64,000 bases of DNA, from sequence record NC_023719.1; one strand, written 5' to 3'. Shown here one piece after another: positions 49,187 through 58,103 of the stretch; the first letter of the stretch is position 1, and the number at the start of each line of letters is the position of its first letter. The notes under the pieces were generated by a model. It saw only the letters and a list, made by a program, of their open reading frames with translations. It had not been told where the DNA came from and searched no databases. The position numbers and the translations under genes were made by a program.

Positions 49187-49762
49187 ATGGCAAAGAAGAG
49201 CTTTTTTGAAAGAATTGGAGTAGTAAAAACTGAGGAAAGTGTAGATCATATTGCTGCGCGTTTAGAAGATATTGACTTAAGTGAATATGAAGGTGCTACT
49301 TCTTTTGAAGAAGAATTTGTACCAACTGTTGAGTTGCATGGGGAAGATTTCTTAACTATCGAACAGGTCTATGAAAAAGCAAATCTTACTGACACCGAAA
49401 AATCTATTTTTAAAGTCGATGAATATAGTAAAGTGTTACCAGATGGTATGACTACTGATATGAAACGTGCATCAGTTATTGGTATCTTAGCTGCTTCTAA
49501 ATTATCAATAGATGACTTAATTGAAGATGCTAATGAACGAATGGCTGCTTTGCAATCTATTAAAGTTTTAACATCTGAAAATACTTCTAATATTGTATCA
49601 AAAAATGAAGAACGTATTGTTGAGTTATTACAAGAAGTTGATAACTTGAAGCAAGAAAACAATGATAGAAAAAGTTCGCAAGAAAAACAAGATGCTTTGC
49701 TGGATGAAGAAATTACCATTGTTAATGGCATTAAGAAATTCATCGCGCCAGAATCTGTTTAA
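49187..49762 (+). CDS. Hypothetical protein with C-terminal coiled coil
   Basis: 191 aa; MAKKSFFERIG amphipathic N-terminus; operon position. Confidence 0.75.
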   Translation: MAKKSFFERIGVVKTEESVDHIAARLEDIDLSEYEGATSFEEEFVPTVELHGEDFLTIEQVYEKANLTDTEKSIFKVDEYSKVLPDGMTTDMKRASVIGILAASKLSIDDLIEDANERMAALQSIKVLTSENTSNIVSKNEERIVELLQEVDNLKQENNDRKSSQEKQDALLDEEITIVNGIKKFIAPESV

Positions 49763-49795
49763 TTAAAAATAATAAAATAATCGGAGGTAGTCGAC

Positions 49796-50536
49796 ATGGG
49801 AATTTTAATTGGAGGAGTACTAGTAGTTGGCTTAGCAGCATTGTTTATCTTTGGTGGTGGTAAATTAACTACTTTATTAAAAGGATTTGTAGGCGTATTT
49901 ATAGAAGATTTAACAAAAACACCCGAAGGTGCAGCGGCGGTCTACAATCAAGCTATTGAAAAATCTCAAGAACAATATAATATTGCTAATGACACTTTAC
50001 AAAAAGTTGCCGGTGAATTAGATACTGCTTTACGAGCTTTAAAAGATTTTGAAAAACGCCTTACTGATTGTGAAACTAGTTGTGAAAACTTTGCCAAAGC
50101 TGGTCAATTTGATAAAGTTGAATTGTTTGCACAAGAACGCGAAGTTATTATTGACGATATTGAAAATCAAAAAGCAATTATCGCAGAGTTAAAGCCACTA
50201 TATGAAGAAGCAAAAGTTATCAATAATCACTTAGAGGATAAATTAGTTAAACTTAAGAAAGAGAAAAATCGTGTTATCACTGACATGAAACGAAATAGTC
50301 AACTTAAGAGTATGTATGATGACATGGATGAGTTGAAAAATACTACAAATGTAGATAAGCTCCTTGATACTGTTAAAACTGGCGTTCAACAATCTCGTGA
50401 AAAAGCTGTTGGTGCTCGCACTGTTCATAATAATAAAACTTCTACTAAGGTTTCTGCTGCAAAAGAAGAAGCTAAGAAATTACAAAGTAATGATTATATT
50501 GAGCAACTTAAAAAGAAACACAATTATACAAAGTAA
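49796..50536 (+). CDS. PspA/IM30 (ESCRT-III-like) coiled-coil protein with N-terminal TM
   Basis: TPE...YNQAIE, long helical hairpin, LKKEK, ...EKAVGA pattern; GGAGG RBS. Confidence 0.65.
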   Translation: MGILIGGVLVVGLAALFIFGGGKLTTLLKGFVGVFIEDLTKTPEGAAAVYNQAIEKSQEQYNIANDTLQKVAGELDTALRALKDFEKRLTDCETSCENFAKAGQFDKVELFAQEREVIIDDIENQKAIIAELKPLYEEAKVINNHLEDKLVKLKKEKNRVITDMKRNSQLKSMYDDMDELKNTTNVDKLLDTVKTGVQQSREKAVGARTVHNNKTSTKVSAAKEEAKKLQSNDYIEQLKKKHNYTK

Positions 50537-50599
50537 TAAGTTTAGTTTTAAAATAGAGTTACCTCTTATTAATTAAGGGGTAACTTTTTAAATAATACA

Positions 50600-51028
50600 A
50601 TGAGGTGGAAAACAATGGAACAATTTAAAATTATTGATAAGCAAGATAAAATTTTAGCGTTTGGTTGTATTCTTGAATCGAAAAATGTAATATTAGAATG
50701 GACTAGTTCAATTAAGAATTTTTCTCTTTATGATAATGTTGAACAAGTAAAAGAATTCGTATGTAATGATCAAAAAGATGCAAAATTTGTAAGCCTTAAA
50801 AAAACAAGTAAAGAAAAATTAAGCGAGTATTTCTTACAAAGAAATGAAGACTTTAGTGGTGTTAGCGGAACTGGTGTGGTTGCAAAAGGAGTAATTTTAC
50901 CTTCAGGAAAATGCGTTCATGAGTGGTCTAATTCTTATGTGCAATCTCTTAATATGTATCCTAATATTAAAGCAGTAGAACATATTCATGGTCATGAAGG
51001 TAGAACTATTGTTAAGTTTGTAGAGTAA
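50600..51028 (+). CDS. Hypothetical protein with internal duplication
   Basis: DFSGVSGTGVVAKGVILPSGKCVHEW, with a degenerate first copy (LAFGCILESKNVILEW). Confidence 0.65.
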   Translation: MRWKTMEQFKIIDKQDKILAFGCILESKNVILEWTSSIKNFSLYDNVEQVKEFVCNDQKDAKFVSLKKTSKEKLSEYFLQRNEDFSGVSGTGVVAKGVILPSGKCVHEWSNSYVQSLNMYPNIKAVEHIHGHEGRTIVKFVE

Positions 51029-51029
51029 T

Positions 51030-51215
51030 ATGAAATATTATTGTGTTAGATATTTAATGTCATATACGTCACATCGTGAAAGTTTACGTTTTTGTTGGCA
51101 TTTCACAACAGTAAAGGCAATTAATAAACGAGAAGCTAAAAAACAAATAAGATCATTTTCTCGCACCGTATTTGTATTAAGTGCGAAAGAGGTATTGCAA
51201 AAATATCGTAAATAA
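51030..51215 (+). CDS. Small basic hypothetical protein
   Basis: 61-aa ORF directly after the previous gene. Confidence 0.5.
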   Translation: MKYYCVRYLMSYTSHRESLRFCWHFTTVKAINKREAKKQIRSFSRTVFVLSAKEVLQKYRK

Positions 51216-51412
51216 ACTTTACGATATTTTTTTGCTAAAAACAGTTTACATTAATCGAGATTGTGATATTATAAATATATAAGGTATTACCTTAAAGGAA
51301 GGAAGGAGATTATAAAGGAAGGAAACAATAATTAAATATTGAAAAATCTGTTAAAACTATTCCACTATTTGATTATTATTTATTTGTAAAACACAAAAGG
51401 AGGAATTTAGAA

Positions 51413-52990
51413 ATGAAGAAAACTAAATTAACGACAGCAGGAAAGGCGTTAATCTTTGGTCTAGTATTATTAATAGTGGCAGGTGTTACTTACTTTGCAG
51501 GTGGATTTAATGCAGTAAGCAATTTATTCTCTGGTTCCGATGATTCAGGTTCTACCCAAAGTGAAAAAGTTGATATCGTAGGTTCTGGTTCAACTAAAGA
51601 TGATGGAGTGATTAATGTTTCACTTGATGAGTGGATTGGTTGGAAATCGGTAATTGATGCTAACGGTGGTCTTGAAACAGCAAAAGGTTCTATTTATGAT
51701 AAACTTGGTATTAAAGTAAAAATTCACGTTATTAACGATGCAAATCAATCTTCAAATGCTTTAATTAAAGGTGACCTTGATGGTGCAGGTTATACAGTTA
51801 ATCGATATGCGTTCTTATATCCAAAGTTTAAAGAAAATGGTGTAAATGTAGTAATGCCATATGTAACAAATTTCTCTTCTGGTGGAGATGGTATCATTTC
51901 AAAATCTGATATAAATTCGGTTGAAGATTTAGTTGGTAAGAAAATTGCAGTTCCACGTTTCTCCGAAGCTCAAACTCTAGTTGAATGGTTATTAGCAAAA
52001 TCTGATTTATCTGATAAAGATGTAAAAGAAATTCGCAAAAACATGGTAATGTTTGATACTCCTGATGATGCAGCTAAAGCATTCTTCGCAGGTCAAGTTG
52101 ACGCAGCAGCTACATGGCAGCCATATTTAAGTCAAGCTCAAGAAACAACAGGTGCAAAACTTCTTTTCTCTACAAAAGTTGCTGAAAATATTATTTTAGA
52201 TGGTATCGTATTCCGACAAGATTTCATTGATAAAAACAAAGAAGCAGTTGTTAAATTCACTGAAGGTGCACTTGAAGCAATGGATTTATACACAAAAGAA
52301 TTTAGTCCTATTAAAGATACAATGCCTTTATTCGCAACTGAAAGTAATGAAAATATCGTTGCAATGGCTGGTGATGCTAAATTAGCTTCTTACAATGAAA
52401 ACAAATCATTATTAACAAATGAAGCAGTAACGTTATTCACTGATATGAGTAATATCTGGAAAACTTTAGGTGAAACTTCTTTCCCCGATGAAGCTAAAAA
52501 AGCATTTACAACATCAATTATTGATTCAGTTGATAGCAAGTTTGCTTCATCAGTAACTGCTGATACAAATAAACCAAAGTTCACTGAAGAAAAACGTCAA
52601 GAAGCAAAACAGGTTGATAATGTTAACTCTCTATTAAAACAATCAGCTACAATTGAATTCCAACCTAACTCTGCTGCATTTGCTAACGCCGCTGAAGCTA
52701 GTAAAGTTCTTGAAGAATTTGTAAAAACTGCTCAAATCTTAAATGGTTCAATCATTCAAATTGAAGGTAACGTTAATAATACAGGTGCCGGCAATGATGA
52801 AGCAATTAGTAAAAAATTATCTGAACAACGTGCTAAAGCTGTAGCGATGTACTTACAACAACAAGGTGTTGATGCTACACGATTCGTAGTAGTTGGTAAT
52901 GGTACAACAAAACAAATTGGTGATAACAACACTGAAGCTGGTAAGGCTCAAAACCGTCGTACAGATGTATTCTTCAAAATCGTCGAATAA
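51413..52990 (+). CDS. ABC substrate-binding protein (NMT1/SsuA-like) fused to OmpA-like domain, paralog 1
   Basis: N-terminal TM; S.GGDGII, DLVGKKIAVP, AAATWQPY, ILDG; C-terminal LSEQRAKAVA.YL...GVD..R...NRRTD. Confidence 0.9.
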   Translation: MKKTKLTTAGKALIFGLVLLIVAGVTYFAGGFNAVSNLFSGSDDSGSTQSEKVDIVGSGSTKDDGVINVSLDEWIGWKSVIDANGGLETAKGSIYDKLGIKVKIHVINDANQSSNALIKGDLDGAGYTVNRYAFLYPKFKENGVNVVMPYVTNFSSGGDGIISKSDINSVEDLVGKKIAVPRFSEAQTLVEWLLAKSDLSDKDVKEIRKNMVMFDTPDDAAKAFFAGQVDAAATWQPYLSQAQETTGAKLLFSTKVAENIILDGIVFRQDFIDKNKEAVVKFTEGALEAMDLYTKEFSPIKDTMPLFATESNENIVAMAGDAKLASYNENKSLLTNEAVTLFTDMSNIWKTLGETSFPDEAKKAFTTSIIDSVDSKFASSVTADTNKPKFTEEKRQEAKQVDNVNSLLKQSATIEFQPNSAAFANAAEASKVLEEFVKTAQILNGSIIQIEGNVNNTGAGNDEAISKKLSEQRAKAVAMYLQQQGVDATRFVVVGNGTTKQIGDNNTEAGKAQNRRTDVFFKIVE

Positions 52991-53061
52991 AAAGTAAAAA
53001 AATAAATAAAATATACTCCCCCTTTCATGGGGGAGTTTTTTAACAGAAAGGAGAATTAAAA

Positions 53062-54618
53062 ATGAAAAAAACCAAATTAACATTAGTTGGTAAAATCGTA
53101 ATCTTTGTATTCGTCTTAGCTTTAGTACTAGGTGGAGTATTCTTAATTGGTGGTTTTAATTTTTCAAAAGATGATAATGATACACCATCAAAAGATACAA
53201 AAACTACACAAAACAGTAATGTTAGTAATGAGCTTCCAAAAAATGAAAATAGTAACAATGAAATTAATTTGTCTCTTACCGAGAAGATTAGCTGGAAGCC
53301 AATTTTAGATGCCAATGGAGGGTTAACAACTCAACCGGGCTCAGTATACGATAAACTTGGTATTAAAGTGAACATTAAGATTGATGGAGATGCTGTAAGT
53401 ATCAGTAATGATTTTATTGAAAATAATGTAAACGCATTAGCATACACTATCAATAGATATGCAGGAACATATAAGAAGTTTAAGGATAATAACGCTGAAC
53501 CTATAATGCCTTACATTGTTGATTCTTCAGATGGTAGTGATGGAATTGTAGTGAAAGAAGGAATTAACAGCGTTAATGATTTCATTGGTAAAAAAATCGC
53601 TGTCCCTAATCTTACTGCAGCACAAACTATGATTTGGTGGTTAATGTTGAAATCCGATTTAAATGAAGATCAAATCGAAAAAATTAAAAGTAATATGACT
53701 CTTTATAAATCAACTGTTGCAGCTTCAGAAGCATTCTTTAAAGGTGAAGCAGATGTTGTTGTAACAAGACAACCATATTTAACTAACGCGAAAAATACTC
53801 CCGGAATGAAAGTTTTATTTACCACTAAATCAGCTAACAACCTTATCTTAGATGGGATTTTATTTAGAAAAGATTTTGCTGATCAAAATCCAGAAGTTGT
53901 ATCTAAGTTCATTGATGGAGCTTTACAATCCATTAACATAAATACATTTGATAACATCAAGACTATAGATATTTTTAAAGACAAAACTGATGAAGAATTA
54001 AATCAAATGTTAACTGAATTAAAGTTTAGTGACTATAGCGCAAATCATAATTTATTAAATGGAGTATCACAAGATCTATTTAATGATATGAATAAAGTAT
54101 GGAATAAAATTGGTGAATCAGTTGATAACGATGCAGCTAGTAAGGCGTTCTCCACTAAATTCATTGATGGTCTAAGCTCAAAATACACTTTAGAAAAAGT
54201 AGAGACTAAAACTGTCGATGAGGAAACTAGACAAAAAGCTTTATCTCAAGATAATGATGAAGCGTTATTGAAAAAATCAACAACAATTAATTTTAAATCT
54301 AATAGTGCAAAATTCGTTAATGAAGATGAAGCTAAAAAAGCTCTTAATGAATTTATAAATATTGCCCAATTCTTGGATGGCGCAATTATCCAAATTGAAG
54401 GTAATATTGCTGGAAAAGATAATTCAGAAGTTGGAAAACAATTATCGCTTCAAAGAGCGAAAACAGTAGCAGAGTATTTAAAACAACAAGGTGTTGATCC
54501 TTCTAGATTTGTAGTTGTTGGTAATGGTACTTCAAAACAAATTGCAAGTAATGACACTGAAGAAGGTATGAAGAAAAATAGACGTACTGATATAGTATTT
54601 AAAATTGTTGAAGAATAA
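53062..54618 (+). CDS. ABC substrate-binding protein fused to OmpA-like domain, paralog 2
   Basis: Same architecture and MKKTKLT start; LSLQRAKTVAEYL...NRRTD. Confidence 0.9.
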   Translation: MKKTKLTLVGKIVIFVFVLALVLGGVFLIGGFNFSKDDNDTPSKDTKTTQNSNVSNELPKNENSNNEINLSLTEKISWKPILDANGGLTTQPGSVYDKLGIKVNIKIDGDAVSISNDFIENNVNALAYTINRYAGTYKKFKDNNAEPIMPYIVDSSDGSDGIVVKEGINSVNDFIGKKIAVPNLTAAQTMIWWLMLKSDLNEDQIEKIKSNMTLYKSTVAASEAFFKGEADVVVTRQPYLTNAKNTPGMKVLFTTKSANNLILDGILFRKDFADQNPEVVSKFIDGALQSININTFDNIKTIDIFKDKTDEELNQMLTELKFSDYSANHNLLNGVSQDLFNDMNKVWNKIGESVDNDAASKAFSTKFIDGLSSKYTLEKVETKTVDEETRQKALSQDNDEALLKKSTTINFKSNSAKFVNEDEAKKALNEFINIAQFLDGAIIQIEGNIAGKDNSEVGKQLSLQRAKTVAEYLKQQGVDPSRFVVVGNGTSKQIASNDTEEGMKKNRRTDIVFKIVEE

Positions 54619-54633
54619 AAGCAGAATAATTTA

Positions 54634-54665
54634 AAAAACCCCTACTATTTATAGTAGGGGTTTTT
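54634..54665. terminator. Bidirectional terminator
   Basis: aaaaaacccctactat/atagtaggggtttttt. Confidence 0.9.
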
Positions 54666-54670
54666 AATTT

Positions 54671-55204
54671 TTAAAATTCTTCTATTTTAGTAATCTCATT
54701 TGTTGTAATAGCTTGAGGATACTTAGCTAAATCTAAATTCAATATATCGAAAATGCCCCCACCTTTAAATGGGTCTTCATCGGGAGTATATAGAATTGGG
54801 TCGTCTCCATAATGACCTTCAAAAGGTAAATAGTATTTTGAATTTTCTTCTCTACTACCACCAGCCCACTGCTTTAATTCTTCCTCAGTATATTCTGTTA
54901 ATTCTAGCGTTTTGTCATAATCAAATATATCATAATTAAGAACGTTGTCATCTGGTAGTAATAAATTTTCATCAATGTTTAAGTGTAGAACTACAGGGTT
55001 TCCTCCTTTTTGTTCAACAGTGTAGTCAGCAAAATCCTTAGCTTCTTTAAATTGATTTGTAACATAAACAAAGCTTGAATTGGAATCTTTAGAATTAGAA
55101 TTACCACTATTTGGTATAATGCCATTTTCTTTTATAGAATCTAAGTATATACTACTTGTACCGTGATAAAGAATTCTACTAGCTTTTCTAATTAGTCTTT
55201 TCAT
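54671..55204 (-). CDS. ADP-ribosyltransferase-fold protein (paralog 2)
   Basis: Minus strand (track label is wrong); LYHGTS...IKENGI.P, FVYVT...A..FA, PVVL.L...LLPD; GAGG RBS favours start 55204 (MKRLIRKA) over 55219. Confidence 0.7.
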   Translation of the reverse strand: MKRLIRKASRILYHGTSSIYLDSIKENGIIPNSGNSNSKDSNSSFVYVTNQFKEAKDFADYTVEQKGGNPVVLHLNIDENLLLPDDNVLNYDIFDYDKTLELTEYTEEELKQWAGGSREENSKYYLPFEGHYGDDPILYTPDEDPFKGGGIFDILNLDLAKYPQAITTNEITKIEEF

Positions 55205-55282
55205 TTTGAATAACCTCATTCTTATAATTTTTATATAAGAAGAAAATAAAATCCTCTCTAATTAAAATAACATTAAAATCAG

Positions 55283-55311
55283 TTTACTTAAGTCTCAATT
55301 TATGTTATAAT
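55283..55311 (+). promoter_or_regulatory. Sigma-A-type promoter upstream of the topoisomerase B subunit
   Basis: TTTACT-N17-TATAAT with extended TG. Confidence 0.7.
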
Positions 55312-55504
55312 AAAATTATAAGGTATCTATTTCAAAAAAAGATTCAAAAGTATAAATCGAGAAGGGTGGCTTTTGAATATAATTTAGTGCCATAATTTCA
55401 TTTAAAATTGATGTTTGAATCATTTTTGAAATTATATATTAAAATGTTTATTTTTATGACAGAAATGAATAGAATAAATATATCTTTCTATAAGAGGTGG
55501 AAAA

Positions 55505-57475
55505 ATGTCAAGCGAAAAAGATAACTTAACTGTAAATACTGATTATGGCGTCGAGCAAATTGACGCATTAGAAGGTTTAGAAGCCGTACGAAAAAGACCA
55601 GGTATGTACATTGGTACCACAACACAGAAGGGTGTAACTCATCTTGTTTGGGAAGCAGCAGACAATTCTATTGATGAATCAGTTGCTGGTTTCGGTAGTG
55701 AAGTATGGATCAGTGTAGAAACTGATGGTACTACAACTATTAAAGATAAAGGGCGTGGTATTCCAGTTGGGCCACATCCTAAGTTTAAAAATGCTGATGG
55801 AACTCAAAAAGATACATTAACAGTTGTTTGTACTCAACTACATGCTGGTGGTAAATTTAACCAAGCAGGAAGCGCATATAAGAGTAGTGCTGGTCTCCAT
55901 GGCGTAGGTATTAAAACAATTACCGCGCTTTCTGATCATATGGTTGTAGAAGTAAGACGTAATGGGAAAATCCATAGACAAGAATTTTCAAGATGTTACC
56001 CAGTAACTGAAGTAGAAGTTATTGGTGAATGTGACATTAACGATACTGGTACAACAGTTCAGTATCATCCAGATGCTGAAATTTTTAAACAAACTTTATT
56101 ACCTGATTGTAAGTCACTACAAGCTAGAATGGCAGAATTAGCATCATTAAATGCTGGTTTACGTATCTACTATACTAACGAATCTACTGGGCATATCGAG
56201 GATTACTATTATGAGGACGGTTTGATTGGATATGTTAATCGTATGGTTGGAGAAAAACCTTCATTATATGATAAAGTTCTTTACTTTAAAGATACTTATG
56301 ATGTAGATGAAAATCGTCAAATCATTGTAGAGATTGCATTTAGACATGATGATGATGATAAAGCTGGCGAAACAATTAAATCATTTGCTAACAACATTAA
56401 TACTCATGAAGGTGGATTCCACTATGATGGTTTCCGAAAAGCATATCGTAAATTCCTTAATAAATATGGCGAAGATAAAGGATTGTTAAAAGCAGCTTTA
56501 CCGATGGGATATTTATTGGAAGGAATTAACGCAGTAGTATCAGTTAAAGTACCAGAAGCGGAATTTGAAGGTCAAACAAAAACAAAACTAGGAAATGCTG
56601 AAGCAGAAGACGCTGTAATTGCGGTATTTGAAAAAGGTATTAGTGAATTTTCTAAAGACCCAGAAGCAGATGAGATTTTAGAAACAATTATTTTAAAATC
56701 AATTAGAGCCAAAGAAGCAGATGAAGCAGCAAGAAAAGCTAGACAATTAGTGAAACAAGGTAAGAAAGCTAAAAAACTAGCTTTACCAGGGAAATTAGCT
56801 GATTGTACTTCTAAAACTTATTCTGAACTATATATTGTAGAAGGTGATTCTGCTGGTGGTTCTGCTAAGTCCGGAAGAAATCGTTACTACCAAGCAATAT
56901 TATCATTACGTGGCAAAATCTTAAACGTGGAGAAAAGTAGTTTAGAAAGAATGCTTAACTCTGAAATGATTAAGAATATCATAGGTGCAGTTGGTACTGG
57001 CATTGATTCGCCAGGACAAAAGTTCGAATATGAAAAATTGCGATATGATAAAATTATTTTCATGTGTGATGCTGATGTCGATGGTTCTCATATTGAAGCA
57101 CTACTACTAACGTTATTCTATAATTATATGAGACCATTAATTGAAAAAGGGCATGTATATGCGGCTCAGCCACCATTATATCGAGTAGTTAAAAAGAACG
57201 AATCAATTTACCTTAAAGATGATCATGAGTTAAAAGAGTATACTAAGAAACATCCAAACGCTGAAGTTCAACGCTTCAAAGGTCTTGGTGAAATGAACGC
57301 AGATCAACTTTGGGAAACAACAATGGATCCAAAAGAAAGAACATTGTTGCAAATTACGTTAGAAGACGCAGAAAGAGCATCTACAGTATTTTCTGAATTA
57401 ATGGGTGGAGACGCAAAACCACGTCGCGATTTTATAGAAGCAAATGCGCATAAAGTAGATTTAAGTTTTACTTAA
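55505..57475 (+). CDS. gyrB: Type IIA topoisomerase B subunit (GyrB/ParE)
   Basis: LEAVRKRPGMYIG, DNSIDE, LHAGGKF, EGDSAGGSAK, PLRGK-like LSLRGKILN, DADVDG, RFKGLGEM. Confidence 0.95.
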   Translation: MSSEKDNLTVNTDYGVEQIDALEGLEAVRKRPGMYIGTTTQKGVTHLVWEAADNSIDESVAGFGSEVWISVETDGTTTIKDKGRGIPVGPHPKFKNADGTQKDTLTVVCTQLHAGGKFNQAGSAYKSSAGLHGVGIKTITALSDHMVVEVRRNGKIHRQEFSRCYPVTEVEVIGECDINDTGTTVQYHPDAEIFKQTLLPDCKSLQARMAELASLNAGLRIYYTNESTGHIEDYYYEDGLIGYVNRMVGEKPSLYDKVLYFKDTYDVDENRQIIVEIAFRHDDDDKAGETIKSFANNINTHEGGFHYDGFRKAYRKFLNKYGEDKGLLKAALPMGYLLEGINAVVSVKVPEAEFEGQTKTKLGNAEAEDAVIAVFEKGISEFSKDPEADEILETIILKSIRAKEADEAARKARQLVKQGKKAKKLALPGKLADCTSKTYSELYIVEGDSAGGSAKSGRNRYYQAILSLRGKILNVEKSSLERMLNSEMIKNIIGAVGTGIDSPGQKFEYEKLRYDKIIFMCDADVDGSHIEALLLTLFYNYMRPLIEKGHVYAAQPPLYRVVKKNESIYLKDDHELKEYTKKHPNAEVQRFKGLGEMNADQLWETTMDPKERTLLQITLEDAERASTVFSELMGGDAKPRRDFIEANAHKVDLSFT

Positions 57476-57684
57476 AACAGGATTTTCAATCCTGTTTTTT
57501 GTTTTTTTATTTATAAGGATTAATATGGTCTAATTAAACAAATCAAATCTGGGTTATCTCAGTGATTATTTGTTTAATTAGATGACATTAATTTGATTAT
57601 TATATTAAACACAGATTAAAATTATTGTTAAAAAACATTGACTTTATGTAAATAATATAAAGAACAAGTTATTTAAAGAATGAG

Positions 57685-58050
57685 GTGAATCAAATGTCGC
57701 TTGGAAAAATAGACTATACAAACTTAGACTTCGAAGAAATTCCATACACAATTCACGTAGCGGGTGTTAGTTGGGAAGATAGACAAGATCACATTCCAAA
57801 CCTAGAAATTGACTCAGAGGTTTACTTAATAAGAGACCCAAATAATCAATATGATAAAAATGCTATTTCAGTAAAGGCTATTGATAATATTCAAATTGGA
57901 TGGATTCCAAAAAAGATAGCTGAAGTTTTAGCTCCAGAAATTGATGCTGGTATCCAATGGCAAGCGAGAGTTGAAAAAATTATTGGGAACGAACAACAAT
58001 TAAAAGGAGTGTTAATAAAACTGTTTCTTTCAAAGGATTATATGATATAA
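57685..58050 (+). CDS. HIRAN domain protein
   Basis: VAGVS, L.RDPNNQYDKNAI.V, QIGWIPK..A..LA. Confidence 0.9.
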   Translation: MNQMSLGKIDYTNLDFEEIPYTIHVAGVSWEDRQDHIPNLEIDSEVYLIRDPNNQYDKNAISVKAIDNIQIGWIPKKIAEVLAPEIDAGIQWQARVEKIIGNEQQLKGVLIKLFLSKDYMI

Positions 58051-58103
58051 TAAAATTATAAATAAAATTAACAACATTATGGTAAATTATTAGAGGTGAT
58101 ACG

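Noticed and set aside
25320-55240. TTATATAA upstream of probable late genes (25265-, 39849-, 43993+, 55204-) as a late promoter
   Set aside because: Too low in information for such AT-rich DNA; needs TSS data
45268-57565. Shared 12-mer ttatctcagtga at 45268 and 57554
   Set aside because: Only two copies; a chance 12-mer match is expected in this much AT-rich DNA
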